Below are positions 1 to 12,138 of a stretch of 64,000 bases of DNA, piece after piece. The stretch is from positions 37,882,001 to 37,946,000 of the forward strand of contig JAGIQG010000016.1 of the NCBI GenBank assembly GCA_024679065.1, given 5' to 3'. The notes under the pieces are model-generated. The model worked only from the letters and a program-made list of their open reading frames with translations. It ran no database searches and was not told where the DNA came from. Numbering within the stretch: position 1 is the stretch's first letter; every line of letters starts with the position of its first letter. Origin of the DNA: Sphyrna mokarran. Taxonomy: Eukaryota. Position numbers and translations under genes: made by a program.

Positions 1-262
1 AACTGAGTTCAATTTCTGGCTCGAGTCATTGCCTATGCGGAGTCTACACATGTCCTCCTGTGTCTATGTGGGTTTCCTTTGGGTGCTCTGGTTTCCTCCT
101 ACAGTCCAAATGACATGCTAGTTAGGTGCATTGGCCATGCTAGATTGTCTCTCAGTGTACCCGAACAGTCGCTGGAATGTGACAAGTAGAGGATTTTTGC
201 AATAACTTCATTGCAGTGTTAATATAAGCCTAATTGTGACATTAATAAATAAATTTTAACTT
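1..262 (+). mobile_element. V-SINE (HE1-like head/core), tail type 1; 5' part cut by window edge
   Basis: Core gtgggtttcc..gggtgctctggtttcctcc followed by tail ...aacttcattgcagtgttaatataagcctaattgtgacattaataaataaa. Confidence 0.85.
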
Positions 263-617
263 TAAAACTCCCAGGTCTGACATATCTCCTCTGCCCCCAG
301 CCTGACCTTCTAGACCGTGCACCAGTCCTTGCTATACCCCAACAGTACTCTTGAGGTCTACAATCTTATTTCTAATATCTCTAGCAGGACTCTTGAGTTC
401 ACCTTACTCCAGCACTATCCCTGAGAACTGTGATTTTACTCAACTTCTCAACTGTACTCTCAAAGCCTGTAATCTTCCTGACTGACACCTAACTGAACAC
501 TGATCACAAATTCTGAGGCCTATTTATTCCTTGTCTAGATCTCCGTGATCCAACACAACCACTTACCTGGAAATTGGAGCCCTAACCTTGTGCACCCTAC
601 TATTGTATACTATCATC

Positions 618-868
618 CTTTTTATTCATTCACGGGGTGTGGGCATCGTTAACTAGGCCAGTATTCATTGCCCATCCCCAATTGCCCTTGAGAAATGGTG
701 GTGAGCTGCCTTCTTGAACCCACTGCCATCCATTTGGTGTAGGTACATTCATTGTGCTGCTAGGGAGGGTGTCCAGGTTCTTGACCCTGTGACAGTGAAG
801 GAATGGCAATATATTTCTAATTCAGAACCTTGAGTGGCTTGGAAGGGAACTTTCAAGTGGTAGTTCCC
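618..868 (-). mobile_element. Non-LTR retroelement 3' end fragment
   Basis: Reverse complement of ...gttcaagaaggcagctcaccacc..tctcaagggcaattggggatgggcaat... also seen at 3370-3550 (-) and 63180-63640 (+). Confidence 0.7.
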
Positions 869-869
869 A

Positions 870-1110
870 GAGGCAGTGTACGGAAAAGTTTGGTTAGAAT
901 TTGGAATAAAGGTCTAGTGTTATGATGAAAACAAATTTAATAGTAATTTTCCAGAGGAAATTGGATAGATATCTTGAAGGAGGAAAAAATTGCAGGAATA
1001 TGGCAAAAGGCTTGGGAGTAGAATAACTGGATTTCTCTTGAAAAAGACCAACATAAACTCAATGGGCTAAGTAGCTTCCTCCTGTATTATATTATTCTTT
1101 GGTTCTATGG
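870..1110 (+). mobile_element. CR1-type LINE 3' end fragment
   Basis: gaggaaattggatagatatcttgaag...aatgggctaagtagcttcctcctgt...ttctatg, the same tail as at 39470-39870. Confidence 0.6.
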
Positions 1111-1439
1111 ATACAATCATCACCACCAATGGGAAGGCTGGTTATGGTGTTTGGGGACTGTTAAATCGCATAAAAGTGATGTCAGGTCAGGAGTCTGACA
1201 TCCTGCCCTCAGTTCTAAATTTGACCTGGGTAGGCTCTCAAGCTTACTGTAGTAACTGTAATATACGAATAGATAATTAACTGCTGTTTTTATTCAGATC
1301 TCCAGCTTTAAAAGCCAGTACATTTATCTCTAGAGCTGTGTGGAATATGCCAGAGTCAGCCAGAGACAACATAACACAAAGTGCTTGTTCAGTGAAACTG
1401 ACAGGCTGGGAAGCCTTCAAAGAGTGAAGCTGCCTAGAT

Positions 1440-1526
1440 TGGGTGGTGGTGGTGGGGGGGATGCAGTGGGGGGTGGGGGGGGGAGCGGTGGGAGAGATAT
1501 GCGTGTGTGTGCGTGTGTGTGTGTGT
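1440..1526 (+). repeat. G-run tract followed by (GT)n microsatellite
   Basis: gggtggtggtggtgggggggatgcagtggggggtgggggggggagcggtggg then gcgtgtgtgtgcgtgtgtgtgtgtgt. Confidence 0.9.
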
Positions 1527-2224
1527 CCAGGGGCTGGTGTTCACAGCATCTGTACTGAGAAGCTCCATTGCTTCTCAGGTGATTTCCAACTTCCTGGAAG
1601 TCAGTTCAATTGTACTGGACTCATCCAGGCTGCACTTTCTTGCTTCACGGCAGCACGTGAGCAGTTTCTGCTGCCCTGCCTTGCAGCTCTAATGGCCAAC
1701 AAGGTGGCACAACCATCAACAGCAATGGCACAAGCAGCAGAGACCACACCAGCAGGAACACTAAATGCCTCCTCCTCAATCACATATCATGCCACAAGGC
1801 AGAGAGTGCAGACATAGATATTCCATTCCAAAGTGGAGGTTTCAAGGAAATTACGAATGAAACTGTCATGAAGCTGTCAAGCCATTTAAATCACCAGATT
1901 ATTAATAATTTTTAAGAAACTGTCAGCGGTGTTAAAAAAAAAGTGCTCGCTATTTCACTTTGTCGGTTGACATAAGCTTGAGTGTTATAATTATGCAAAA
2001 AGTGCTATCTTATTGATTTCATACCATGCAATTATTAGGGTGAGATGCCATTTACAGTCTGCTTGACTTAAAAAGTCTTTGATGCAGAACTATGAATGCA
2101 AATGTTTGTTGTTATAAGGGTGGTTGAAGGAATTTAAATGCAATGAATGGGTTTTTAATCAATGATATTTTATTTACAAAGTGAATCCACCAACTGACAT
2201 TGAGAACTTTGTTTTATTTCCCCT

Positions 2225-2640
2225 CAACAAAGGTCCTGAAGTCTGCTCATAGGTAGATACTGAGTGAGTTGGAATAGAGGATATAAAAGCAAAGGGTAGC
2301 TGGTGGGGGCATGGGTTGGAATGAATTGGTACTATATTGGCATTGAGGGATATAGGTGCCCTTGAGGTTGGTGGAGGGGCACATGTTGGCATGGGGGCTA
2401 TAAGAGGCCATGGTAGTTGGTGCCATAGAATGAGGAGTCCTGAGGGTGGGTGGGATCTATGTATGAGGCATTGGGAGTACAAAGGTTGAGAGGGAGAGCT
2501 AGAAGGCTTCTCTTTTGCAGTTGGGGAGGGGGATGATCCAGAACTAACTGCAGATATATCCACAAAATGTTTTCAAAACATAACAGAAAGCACTTTATCT
2601 CCTACAAAGGCCATCTTACCATTTCCAAAGGTCACCCCAT
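2225..2640 (+). repeat. Interspersed G-rich repeat family (probable DNA-transposon interior); inverted copy at ~10850-11190, related copy at ~36480-36830
   Basis: cctgaagtctgctcata...gagtgagttggaatagag...gttggcatgggggctataagaggccatg is the reverse complement of catggctccttataaccccatgccaac...ctctatgccaactcatcc...atgggtagacttcagg. Confidence 0.55.
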
Positions 2641-3369
2641 CTCTCCTAAAGTTGCCGCAGGACCTATCCAAAAGTGCACCTGAACCCCTTAGGGGTATCC
2701 TTTCTTTCTAAAGAATGCTGATAAAATCAGACCCTTAAGTTGGTTTAAATTGCATTTTTTGGACATTTCACTTGCAAAAATTGGATCTAACTAAGGAAAG
2801 CTGCATTTTAACATGTCAAATTGCCTCCGTGACTATGGATGTGTAAAATGCAACCCACTACTGTTTTCCTTTCACTGTAAAAACAGTGGGGGCCAAGTTC
2901 AGATACAGGGCTTCAGAATTCAAGCCACTGGCACCATTTTTTGGGGACCCACTCCATGACATGAACATTTTGGCTTCAGTGTCTTGATATCATCTGTGCT
3001 TCTTAACCTCTTAACATGTGCCTCTAAATCTTGTTTTTTTTCAGTGCAAACGAGGTCAGAATTAATCTCGATACTCTTTGAAAACTCCCCAATAAATAAG
3101 TAAGCCTTTGAAGTCATAGAACGGTCTCAAAATAGCCTCACCAGTTATCTATAGCAGAATGTAATTGTTTCTTTTCTTCAGTGTTCCCATTCTGTATTTA
3201 TTTTTAAAACATTATACCAATTTATTCTGAACTTTATCAACATTTCCTTGATCTCCACTGTAATGACCCAATTTATTCTGTTAAGCCCTGAGGAAAATCA
3301 GCTGTTAGGCCCTAAGATGGAGAAAACAAAATACAGCATATATTTGGACTTTGACCAATAGTTTCTTTT

Positions 3370-3550
3370 AAATATTCTTTCTTGGGATGTGAGCGTTCCC
3401 AACTCTAGTTGCCCTTGAGAAGGTGGCAGTGAGCTGCCTTCTTGAAATGTTGCAGTAGGTACACCCACAGTGCTAAGTAGATGGGAAGTTCTAGATTTTT
3501 GGCTCGGTGACAGCGAATGAATGCTGATAAAGTTCCAAGTCTAGAGATCG
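3370..3550 (-). mobile_element. Non-LTR retroelement 3' end fragment (same family as 618-868)
   Basis: gttgcccttgagaaggtggcagtgagctgccttcttgaa...ttccaagtc. Confidence 0.65.
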
Positions 3551-4296
3551 TGATCTATAGTGTATAGTCAGATCAGTCTTCATTATTATTAAAAGAAGGG
3601 ATATTTTCTTTGCAAATACATATGAGCACCTTGGCAAAATCTGTGTTGTATTCACTGAAAATGCTGCAGGCTTCTTATGTTTTCAATTGGGCTGTTCATA
3701 TTTTAATATCTGCAGATTTTCAGTTTGGTAACAATTGGATGTAGCAAACAGCTATTCTCATAACAATAATCGTTGCTGTTCACTTGCAGCAAAGATGAGT
3801 TGAGAACCCTCAGGAAGATGATGTAGAACAGTGTTGCACGTCTAAAATCATTGGAATGGTTCCTAGGTTCTATTTTGCTAACCAAGCTAGTGTAGGCTAA
3901 CATGGGATCATCATCAGCTAAAAATGGAAGTACTGTCCTGAAAGCACTCTTTGCCTTCTTTATGTTTTCACAATTAACAGCACAAATTGGAATGTCTGAT
4001 TGTACATTCCCCTTAATTTTTCAGCCATTAGTGGGCAAGGTTTGACACCAACAGCATGGACTTAAAAATTACGCCCACATTCACCTTGATAATTTCAAGT
4101 ATAGCTGAACACTACAAAGTTGTGATATTCATCTTGTATAATCACAACGTTGAGTGACATCTGTCAGCAAAATCAAACAAAACTTAAAATCCCACGACAG
4201 TAATTAGAGAATTTTAATTTTTTTCAAAAGAGAAGTGTACGGAAACGAAAAGTTCCTATCCGCAAATGTGGCAGTCAAACTGTCAGATTTTCATAT

Positions 4297-4505
4297 AAAC
4301 CTGACTGGTTCAATGAAGTCATTCAGGGAAGGAAACTCGCTGCTCTTATCCAGTCTGGCCTACATATGACCTCAGTTCCATTGCAGTGTGGTTGAATCTT
4401 AACAGCTTTCTGAAGTGGCCTAGCAAGCCACTGCAACTAATAAAAACCCATCAGCCCCAGCAGACTCAGGGCAATAAGACCAGCACCTCAGCAATGACCC
4501 TATCA
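4297..4505 (+). mobile_element. SINE-like interspersed repeat fragment (inverted relative at ~18150-18380)
   Basis: ctggttcaatgaagtcattcagggaaggaaac...ctgaagtggcctagcaagccact matches the reverse complement of agtggcttgacaggccacttctga...gatttcctaacctaatgaacattggtgaaccag. Confidence 0.55.
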
Positions 4506-5583
4506 TCAGAATAGATTAATGGGAAGAAAACTAGTGAATAAATGGCAGACTCTGAGTATACTAATTGTTGCATCAATAATAGGTGAGTTGGAAAAAGAAA
4601 CAACTTAATAGAATGGTTACAGTTTGCCAGAAATTGCAGTTTAAAAGATGTCCCTAAATTATTTTAAAAGGATGTTAGCTAATTGCTTAAAGGACAAGCA
4701 ACAGAGTGGATTATATTTTGTGACTGATAAGAATGAACTCATTAATGTCAATGCAATGGACTGAATGGTCTATTGCTGTGCTGTAACATTCTACTATAAC
4801 GGTGCCGATAGTGGAAATGCTCAGAGAAAACTCAACTGTTGTTTCAGATTTAAGCAGATGCTCCAGAGCCGAGCTTTACATTGCTTTTATATTTTTGTCT
4901 TCATGCCTGTTAAAGTTTAAAATGCCAGAAGATTTGGCCATCTGGGTTGCAGCTGAACTCCTGAGTGTTCAAATTTTGAATCTGAGCCCCGTGCCCTAGA
5001 GCTACCTAAATAAATTGAGATGACATGTGAAAACAAATCAGGATATTTGCCCATATTTGCTGTAACCTAAAAGGATACTGAAAAGTGTTTATTTTGTTGA
5101 CTGATGCCCTGCTATTTATCAGTTTTCTGCCTGTGGTGGGGTGTATCTGAAAGCAATTTCCAACTGAGATTAGAGGGCATCAGAATGTAAAACGTAAAAC
5201 AATACTCGTTGCTGTTAGTATGAAGCTGGCCATTACTTTTGAAAGAGCTGCAAGTTTTGGCAGTGACTCCCGTTAATAAAAATGCATACTGAAGCTTTTA
5301 AGGGCATTTTATTAAATACACCACATTCATAATTTAAGGAGGCTGTGACATGCAAGAACATGGTGTGCACATTCTGTTTATGATGGCATTTGAATGAAGA
5401 CTTTACAACCTCATTGAGAAAGCCCCCGTTGTTTTAAAAGCAATAACAACTTTAACAGTGCTTATTAAGCCATGATTCAAAGATGTTGTAGCCTATGTTT
5501 ACTTATAGGTGAAGCATCCTTAAAGGATTTAATGTAAGCCTTGTTTTGCAAACTTTCATATAAGTTGTCTTGTCTATTGCCAG

Positions 5584-5786
5584 CTCCATGGGTACATGGA
5601 AAACAAGCCTTTAAGCCTGCACATATTTATTGGAACAGCAGACGAAAGGCTACTGAGACCACATGCCTTCTATCAAGTCCATCGCATCACTGGCAAAACG
5701 GTGTCAACCACCAGTTATGAGAAAATCTGTGGAAATACCAAGGTCTTAGAAATCCCGCTTCTGCCAGAGAACAACATGAAAGCAGT
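5584..5786 (+). CDS. NFATC2: NFATC2 internal coding exon (approx. human exon 4), Rel-homology DNA-binding domain
   Basis: Acceptor ttgccag|CTC, donor GT|gtaaga. 203 nt; translates [67 protein letters not shown](V), a hallmark NFAT RHD sequence. YMENKPL and YEKI.GNTKV are NFATC2-like. Confidence 0.97.
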
Positions 5787-7054
5787 GTAAGACTATTATT
5801 TTATTTATATTTTATCCAGTATTTATTCATAAAGAGGGCAAGTTGAATAATTGCCTGCTACTGTGGTAGTGAGCACAATGCCTTTATACTTGACGTGAAT
5901 CCAGCAGAGACTGATAAAATGAATGCCTCTTGTCTGCAGTAAAGATCCTACGTGGACCATATCTGTCAGTCTCAACCCAGTTTTGCTTTGTAGTACGTTG
6001 TATGAAATTGTACACACATATGGATCATCATCCCTGCTCCTTACATTAACAAAGCTGATAAGTTGTTTGATCTGTTAATGATTGTGTTTCACCCTGTTTT
6101 ATTAAAAACAGTGCACTTCTGATGCTGCACTACTGATCTGCCGTTTAACCTGAAAGAATAAATTTCATGCTGATGCAGTAAGAAGATGTTTCTCTGAGAT
6201 TAGGATTGTGATGAATTGTGTAAAATGCAAGGTCTTTACTTTATATATGGTCCATGCTATGCCTGACCTGGGAGCACTTTATGATTTTCAATACTGAAAA
6301 TACTTTATTTCTCATTACTGATGGCTCCTTCCGTATTGAAAACATGAATTGCCAAAAATATATGTCACAGAATCACAGAATTTTTACAGCCCAGAAGAAG
6401 GCCATTTGGCCCATCATGTCTGCATTGGCTCTCCAAATAAGGCTTGGCGTTATTGCCTGCCTTTTCCCCACATACCCCTTGCACATTGTCCACCTCTGAA
6501 CTTCAATTTTTCACTCTATAGCAATTGCAACATAATTGTATGCAAACTGAAGTGAAAGTGCAGCATTAACTTTGGCCTAAGCCAAACTTTTCCTGCATTT
6601 TGTTTGGATTTGTTCTTATTCTCAAAAGTCCACGCTGCAAGCTAACGTTTTTGAGAAACATGCCTCCACATGCATGATTAAAAACTTAAAGGGAAATAAT
6701 TAAACTCATCAGTCATCAGTAAATGGATAATGTTCAAATTACTCAGGTTGAACCTCTCAGCTCTTTGGCATTATTGGTAGATTGAAACCTTGTGACCAGC
6801 TTCGGCTCCAAGCAAATTTTCTGTTTAACCTGAAAGTGAAACAATATTTCTGACCTCCTGCCAAAATGTTAAAAGGAGGCAAGCTCATCTTCCTTGCATT
6901 ACTGAAATCTTGACTCATGCAGATTGTCCATCTCAACGTATAAGGACCCTCCTTAAGATCCTCTTTGTTTACCGAGCTTTTGGTCACACTTCCTGGTAGC
7001 TCTTTGTTCGGGTCAGCATCTGGTATTTTTAATGATACTTCCATGAAACACTTT

Positions 7055-7190
7055 GAGTGGGATTTTCCAGGCATACTTGTCCGAAAACTGGAAAATCCCA
7101 CTGAAAATCAATGGACTTTTGCATAGTCTGCCCCCCACCTCACCCACTACGATGGCCGTTGGGAGCAGGACAGGATGGGAAAATTCCCCT
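7055..7190. mobile_element. MITE (subtype B) inserted in an L2-like 3' tail
   Basis: Imperfect TIRs gagtgggattttcc ... ggaaaattcccct; internal aaaatccca..aatcaatggac shared with copies at 52429 and 56321. Confidence 0.65.
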
Positions 7191-10115
7191 ATTTAGGGCA
7201 TTTTGTCTATGTTAAAGGTGCGATATAAATGCAATCGTTTTTTGTTTCTCCATTCATTTTGTATGTTAAGTAAATACTGAAGAAAATTTGTGGTGTTAGT
7301 TGAATTGTTTTCTTCTGAGACATGGAGAAAATGGAAAGGCCTTTACTCTTACCATTATAGCTATTGGCACTGTGCCAGAATATAGACTTAATGCCTAAAT
7401 TGTATATTTCAGAAATACTTCAGAAATATGAGCCCATTCAAGTACTTGTTAGATATAAAGTTGCCCTGGAACTCCTCCTGTCACTGTTAAAAGTGAAAAA
7501 TAACTATTACTGATGCTATCCTTAATTGCTGGTCATACATAAAGGTGTTGAGGAGTTTTCATCTAGGTTCCCTACTCTTCCATACTTCAGGTTACATGTT
7601 GTCCCAAGGACTAACGTAAACATTTCATTGACAATGGGAAAACTTTTATAATGGGACAACTCTCACACAGTAAAGTGTTTTCTACTGTCTCTCCTGCATG
7701 GAATAATCCAAGTACAAATTCAGCTTGTAACAGCTGAAGAGTACATTTTATTGGAAATATTTCGTGGTACTGTTTCATAAAAATTACAGTCCCCTGTTTT
7801 TTCCACGCTGAAGGTTATGCAAAATAATGAGTGTTTATCTTAAGCTATGAAGCAGCAATTTGTAATCTGCCATTTCCTGCTTGCCTGCTTCTAGTTGTGG
7901 GTGCTGAACTTGGAGTAGTTTCAGCTCTTGGGGTCAAAGAACCAGCACTGAACTGCCCTGCACAGCACAGAAGATGCTTTGTGGAGTAGACTGAGGAATA
8001 CTGGCACATTCTTTCCTGAACTGCTCAGTTATGTCCTTTGGCAGGTCCACTCTGGAATGACTTATAGAGATGTCCACAGGTTTTATTATTCTAAGAATGA
8101 GAATCAGAAGTGACAGTCAGAATACATGCAAACATTGGATAAAGAGTGAAAAGCCGACCAGCTTTCTTGTACTGTACACATCATAATTTTAGTTGATTAA
8201 ACATCAGCAGTATCCATTCACAAATTAGAGTTCATAAATCTTAGGTCTTGCCAAATACACTTAAACTTCTTGGTTCAACTAACTGCTGGGTTCCAATGGA
8301 AAGAATATACAGTCCCTATTTGTCAAATAGAAGCTCTCCTTCTGTGGATTTCCCATTTCTTTGGTTCAGAGGCTATTAAGCAAAGTGGTGGGATTTTGCA
8401 CATGGCAGGTGTTGAGTTGACGGAGAGAGGTTGTGTATTTTTATTGCATACAAAGGAATTTTCTGTTTTTGGATGCACAAGTTGTGCTTTTTTAAATGTA
8501 GAAAAAGCATAATATAGTATGGGGCTTTGAATTGGCAGCAATCGGCTTTTCATGTCCTTCCCACTCAGCAACTTGACACTGTTCCTCTGACACTATGTAC
8601 TTTACGACAGAGATGCCATTGCATCTGTCACAGAACCTGACCTTGATGAATTGTGTAAGCTGGCCAGATCAAGCATATTAATAGTATACAGTCTGATGTT
8701 TCAAAATTAAATTGAAACAAATTAGAGTCATGTTTATAAGAAAGATTTCACATGAGGGAAGGGAATAGTTATTTTTGGGAAATGAATTTGCGAGATTCTT
8801 TACAATCTGATTTGCTTTGCATTCTCCCATCTGCAAATCACTGGCTGGTAAATAGAACCTGTTTGTATTTGACACTCGTTCTGTACAAAGAATGTTTTCA
8901 GTCGGGGTAACAAGCAACAGCTGGAAAAGACAATAATCTCTTTTGTTGGCATTTGGCAGTATTCTGTGATGATCAAAAATAGCCACGTTGCTCAAACTAA
9001 GGATATAAGGTTAGGTGACAGAAAATACTTGTTTTTTTGAGGATTGGCAGGAACAGATTACAAATGAGCACCTGATCATTTACTGACAGAGCTCATGAGC
9101 ATTTTGTCTTAATGGGTAAAATGGAACGCTTTCCATTCACCCTTAGACAGGGAAACCTGACCACGGAGGAATGCAGACTGGGATTGGGGGTAATTGAACC
9201 GGCCAAGCTTTACAATCTGATTCTGGATCAACACTGATCTGGGACCAGAAACTGCCAATTTCCATCGTACGATGCCACCTTCACAATGACTAATTGTAAC
9301 TCCAGTTGCGAGCACCAGGAGCGAGCTTTCTGTCTATTAAAACTGAAATGCTTAAAGAGATAGAATGGCGGAGTTTGCAGAATCCACTGATTTAAATCAA
9401 TTCCGCATTGAACTGAAGGGAGGTCTTGGAGAGCCCTCTTGATAGTTGATAAACATGTTAGTGCAAGCTGAGTAATTCTCTGTGTGGCGTTAATCCAAGT
9501 GATGGGTAGCTTCAAAACATTTTTCCCCAGAGATGAGCTGTAATGTTATAAACACCCTGAGACTGCTTGATTAAATCTTCAGCTTTGACTCTTATCTCCA
9601 GTTAGCTGAAGTGTGAAGTTTCATGTTCATACAATGAGATTGAAAATTTGATAAAGGTTTTTAGTACTATACTTTCCAGTGGAAAACAGAGTAGAAACAG
9701 CTTCTATTAACAAATAATTATGAGCAGTTTATTGTCAGTTTCTCCCCATCTCTTCTCTAAATGCTGGTAATTGCTGTGCTTTGATTCTGCTGGCTTCAGC
9801 AGTCCTTTTGGTATCACACAACAATGCCCGGACAGAAAGGAAGCTAATTTTAACCTGTTTCTGCAGATAGGATTACATGTGATATGCAATTTAGAAATAC
9901 GCCATTTGGCTCAACCATACTATGCTGTTATTTATGTCCCATTCGCGCATACTCCCATCTTTTCTCACTTATAGCTATCATAATCATAATTCCCTTCTCT
10001 TTCATATGCCTGTTCAATTTCTTCTTAAATGCCTCTGTACTGTTTGATTCAACTTCTTCCTGTGGTAATGTGTACCCCATTCTCACAATTATTTGATAAA
10101 GAAGTTTCATCTGAA

Positions 10116-10338
10116 ATCCCTACTAGATTTATTGCTGATTATCTTATATCTCTACTGGATTCCTTGGTGACTATCTTATATTCCTACTGAATTTATTGGT
10201 GATTACCTTATATCCCTACTGATTTTATTGTGACTATCTTATATCCATACTGGATTCCTTGGTGACCATCTTATATTCCTACTGGATTTCTTGGTGATTA
10301 TCTTATATCCCTACTCGATTTCTTGGCGATTATCTTAA
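10116..10338. repeat. Minisatellite, 7 x 32 bp, inside a minus-strand CR1-like remnant (~9940-10500)
   Basis: Unit consensus atccctactggatttcttggtgactatcttat; units start at 10116, 10148, 10180, 10212, 10243, 10275 and 10307. Confidence 0.95.
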
Positions 10339-11937
10339 GTTGATGGTCTTTAATTATGCTGCTCCCCACAAGAGGAAGCATTCTCAATATATCCACTCCA
10401 TTAAAACCTTTCATAATTTTATAAACCCTTATTAGGTTGTTTCTCAGCATTCTTATCTCAAGTGAAATAAAACTAGCCTGTCAATCCTTTCCTGATCTCA
10501 GTAACAATGGAGTGTAATTTCCTTGTCAAATTCAGTGTATTTATATACTTTTTATAATAATGTTAACAAAACTTGCATACATTAAGGCCCAGATTTTCAC
10601 TCCTGAGGTGAGTAGCATGAGTTGCGAAATTTCTTGGTTCATTGTATATGGAAGAGAAGGGAATGGTTTAGTTTGGAGGGGCATTGCTTTTTATTTTGGT
10701 CGGCACAACATCGAAGGCCAAAGGGCCTGTTCTGTGCTGTAATGTTCTATGTTCTATGCTCTATTGCATTCGCCTCAGGAGAAACTCCACCAAATGGCGC
10801 AACCTTCATTCTGGTGGGACTTGGGTGGAGGGAGAAAGTGGATGGAGGAGGATAGGTGCAGGATAGTACCAGGCCTGCGAACCATGAATTCAAACTGGAG
10901 GTGGTCACATGAGCTGCTGAATGCTGAGCCAGGCTGGTTAAAAGATCCCCCTCTATTCTCTGGAAGTTCACTTTAGTTGCTTTGTTACATTTTAGGCTCT
11001 CAGACCTTCATCCCCACACCCACTCGCCACTCCAATCTTGTCTCCCCCCACCAATCACATGGCTCCTTATAACCCCATGCCAACTTAATGCCAACTCATG
11101 CCAACCTACCCATCACCATTGACCCTTACATTCTCTATGCCAACTCATCCACTCTCCATTATGGGTAGACTTCAGGGGCTATATTGAAATGAAATAAAAT
11201 AAAGGTGCAAATATTGCAGCCTTCACTATATTTAAAAGAATCACTTTCATTTATGAAAATCTGTTCAAAACTTTTGAATCTCGTCAAGTATTTGATCCTT
11301 TATAATACAAGCTTTAAATGAGGTCTAACTAAGGTTCTAGACAGGCTTAGCATAAGCTTCCTACTTTTCAATTCTATCCTTTCAGAACTAATGCTTGATG
11401 CTTGATTTGTTTTTATATGATTGCCTTGCTAATCTTTGGCGTAACTTGCAGTGATTGGCATATTTGCACTTCAATAATCTTTTGTCCTGAACTGCACCCA
11501 GACTCATACCTTCCATGTAATAACTGACCTTCTTATTCTTCCTTCCAAAATGTATTACCTCCCATTTATCTGGGTTGAACTTTATTTTCCAATTATTTTA
11601 TACAAGCTTATTAATGTACTCCTGTGACTTATTGCACTCCTCCTTAGTACTGACTAATGACCCTCCACTCCTCCTGTGCCCCTACCCTCTCAAAATGAGG
11701 CATCACTTGCAAAATTATTTTTGATTCCAAAGTCCAAATTGATAATGTAAATTGTGAACAGCAGTGGTTCCAGCCCTCATCCTTCGGAAACTCACAGGAT
11801 TGAGTAAAAATGCTGATTTTGCACAGCCTCCAATTTTATTTTCCATTTATTTTAAACATTGCCTCCCAAGTGCCAGCAAACAGTTTGAGTATTAACTGTG
11901 CTGCTGATAACCTCTGATTTCATTTGCCACAAGATCC

Positions 11938-12138
11938 ATGCACTAGATGCTGGTGTTGGACTTGAGTGGGCCCAGTAAGGAGTCTCACAACACCAGGTTA
12001 AAGTCCAGCAGGTTTAATTGGAATCACGAGCTTTTGGAGCTCAGCTGCTTCATCAGGTGAGTCATTCACCTCACGCTCACTTGATAAAAGAGGTGGGCTC
12101 TGAAAGCTTTTGATTCCAAATCAACCTGTTGGACTTTT
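11938..12138 (-). mobile_element. Penelope-like element remnant with inverted arms and decayed hammerhead motifs
   Basis: 9-bp TSD acaagatcc (11929-11937 and 12139-12147). Arms aaagtccagcaggtttaattggaatca...catcaggtga and tcacttgata...tgattccaaatcaacctgttggacttt are inverted. Confidence 0.75.

Noticed and set aside
300-600. Faint periodicity (actcttgag-like motifs)
   Set aside because: Too degenerate to define a unit by eye.
1340-1817. Gly-rich and CV-repeat ORFs
   Set aside because: Produced by G runs and a (GT)n microsatellite.
1-5583. Upstream NFAT exon (RAHYETEGSRG) or promoter
   Set aside because: Not found; no CpG island. The 5' part of the gene lies outside the window.
9110-9480. 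Coding-looking unique segment
   Set aside because: The frames I translated are short or interrupted by stops, and no protein family was recognisable.
10116-10338. CRISPR-like array (32-bp repeats)
   Set aside because: Units abut with no unique spacers, there are no cas genes, and the context is a vertebrate intron; it is a minisatellite.
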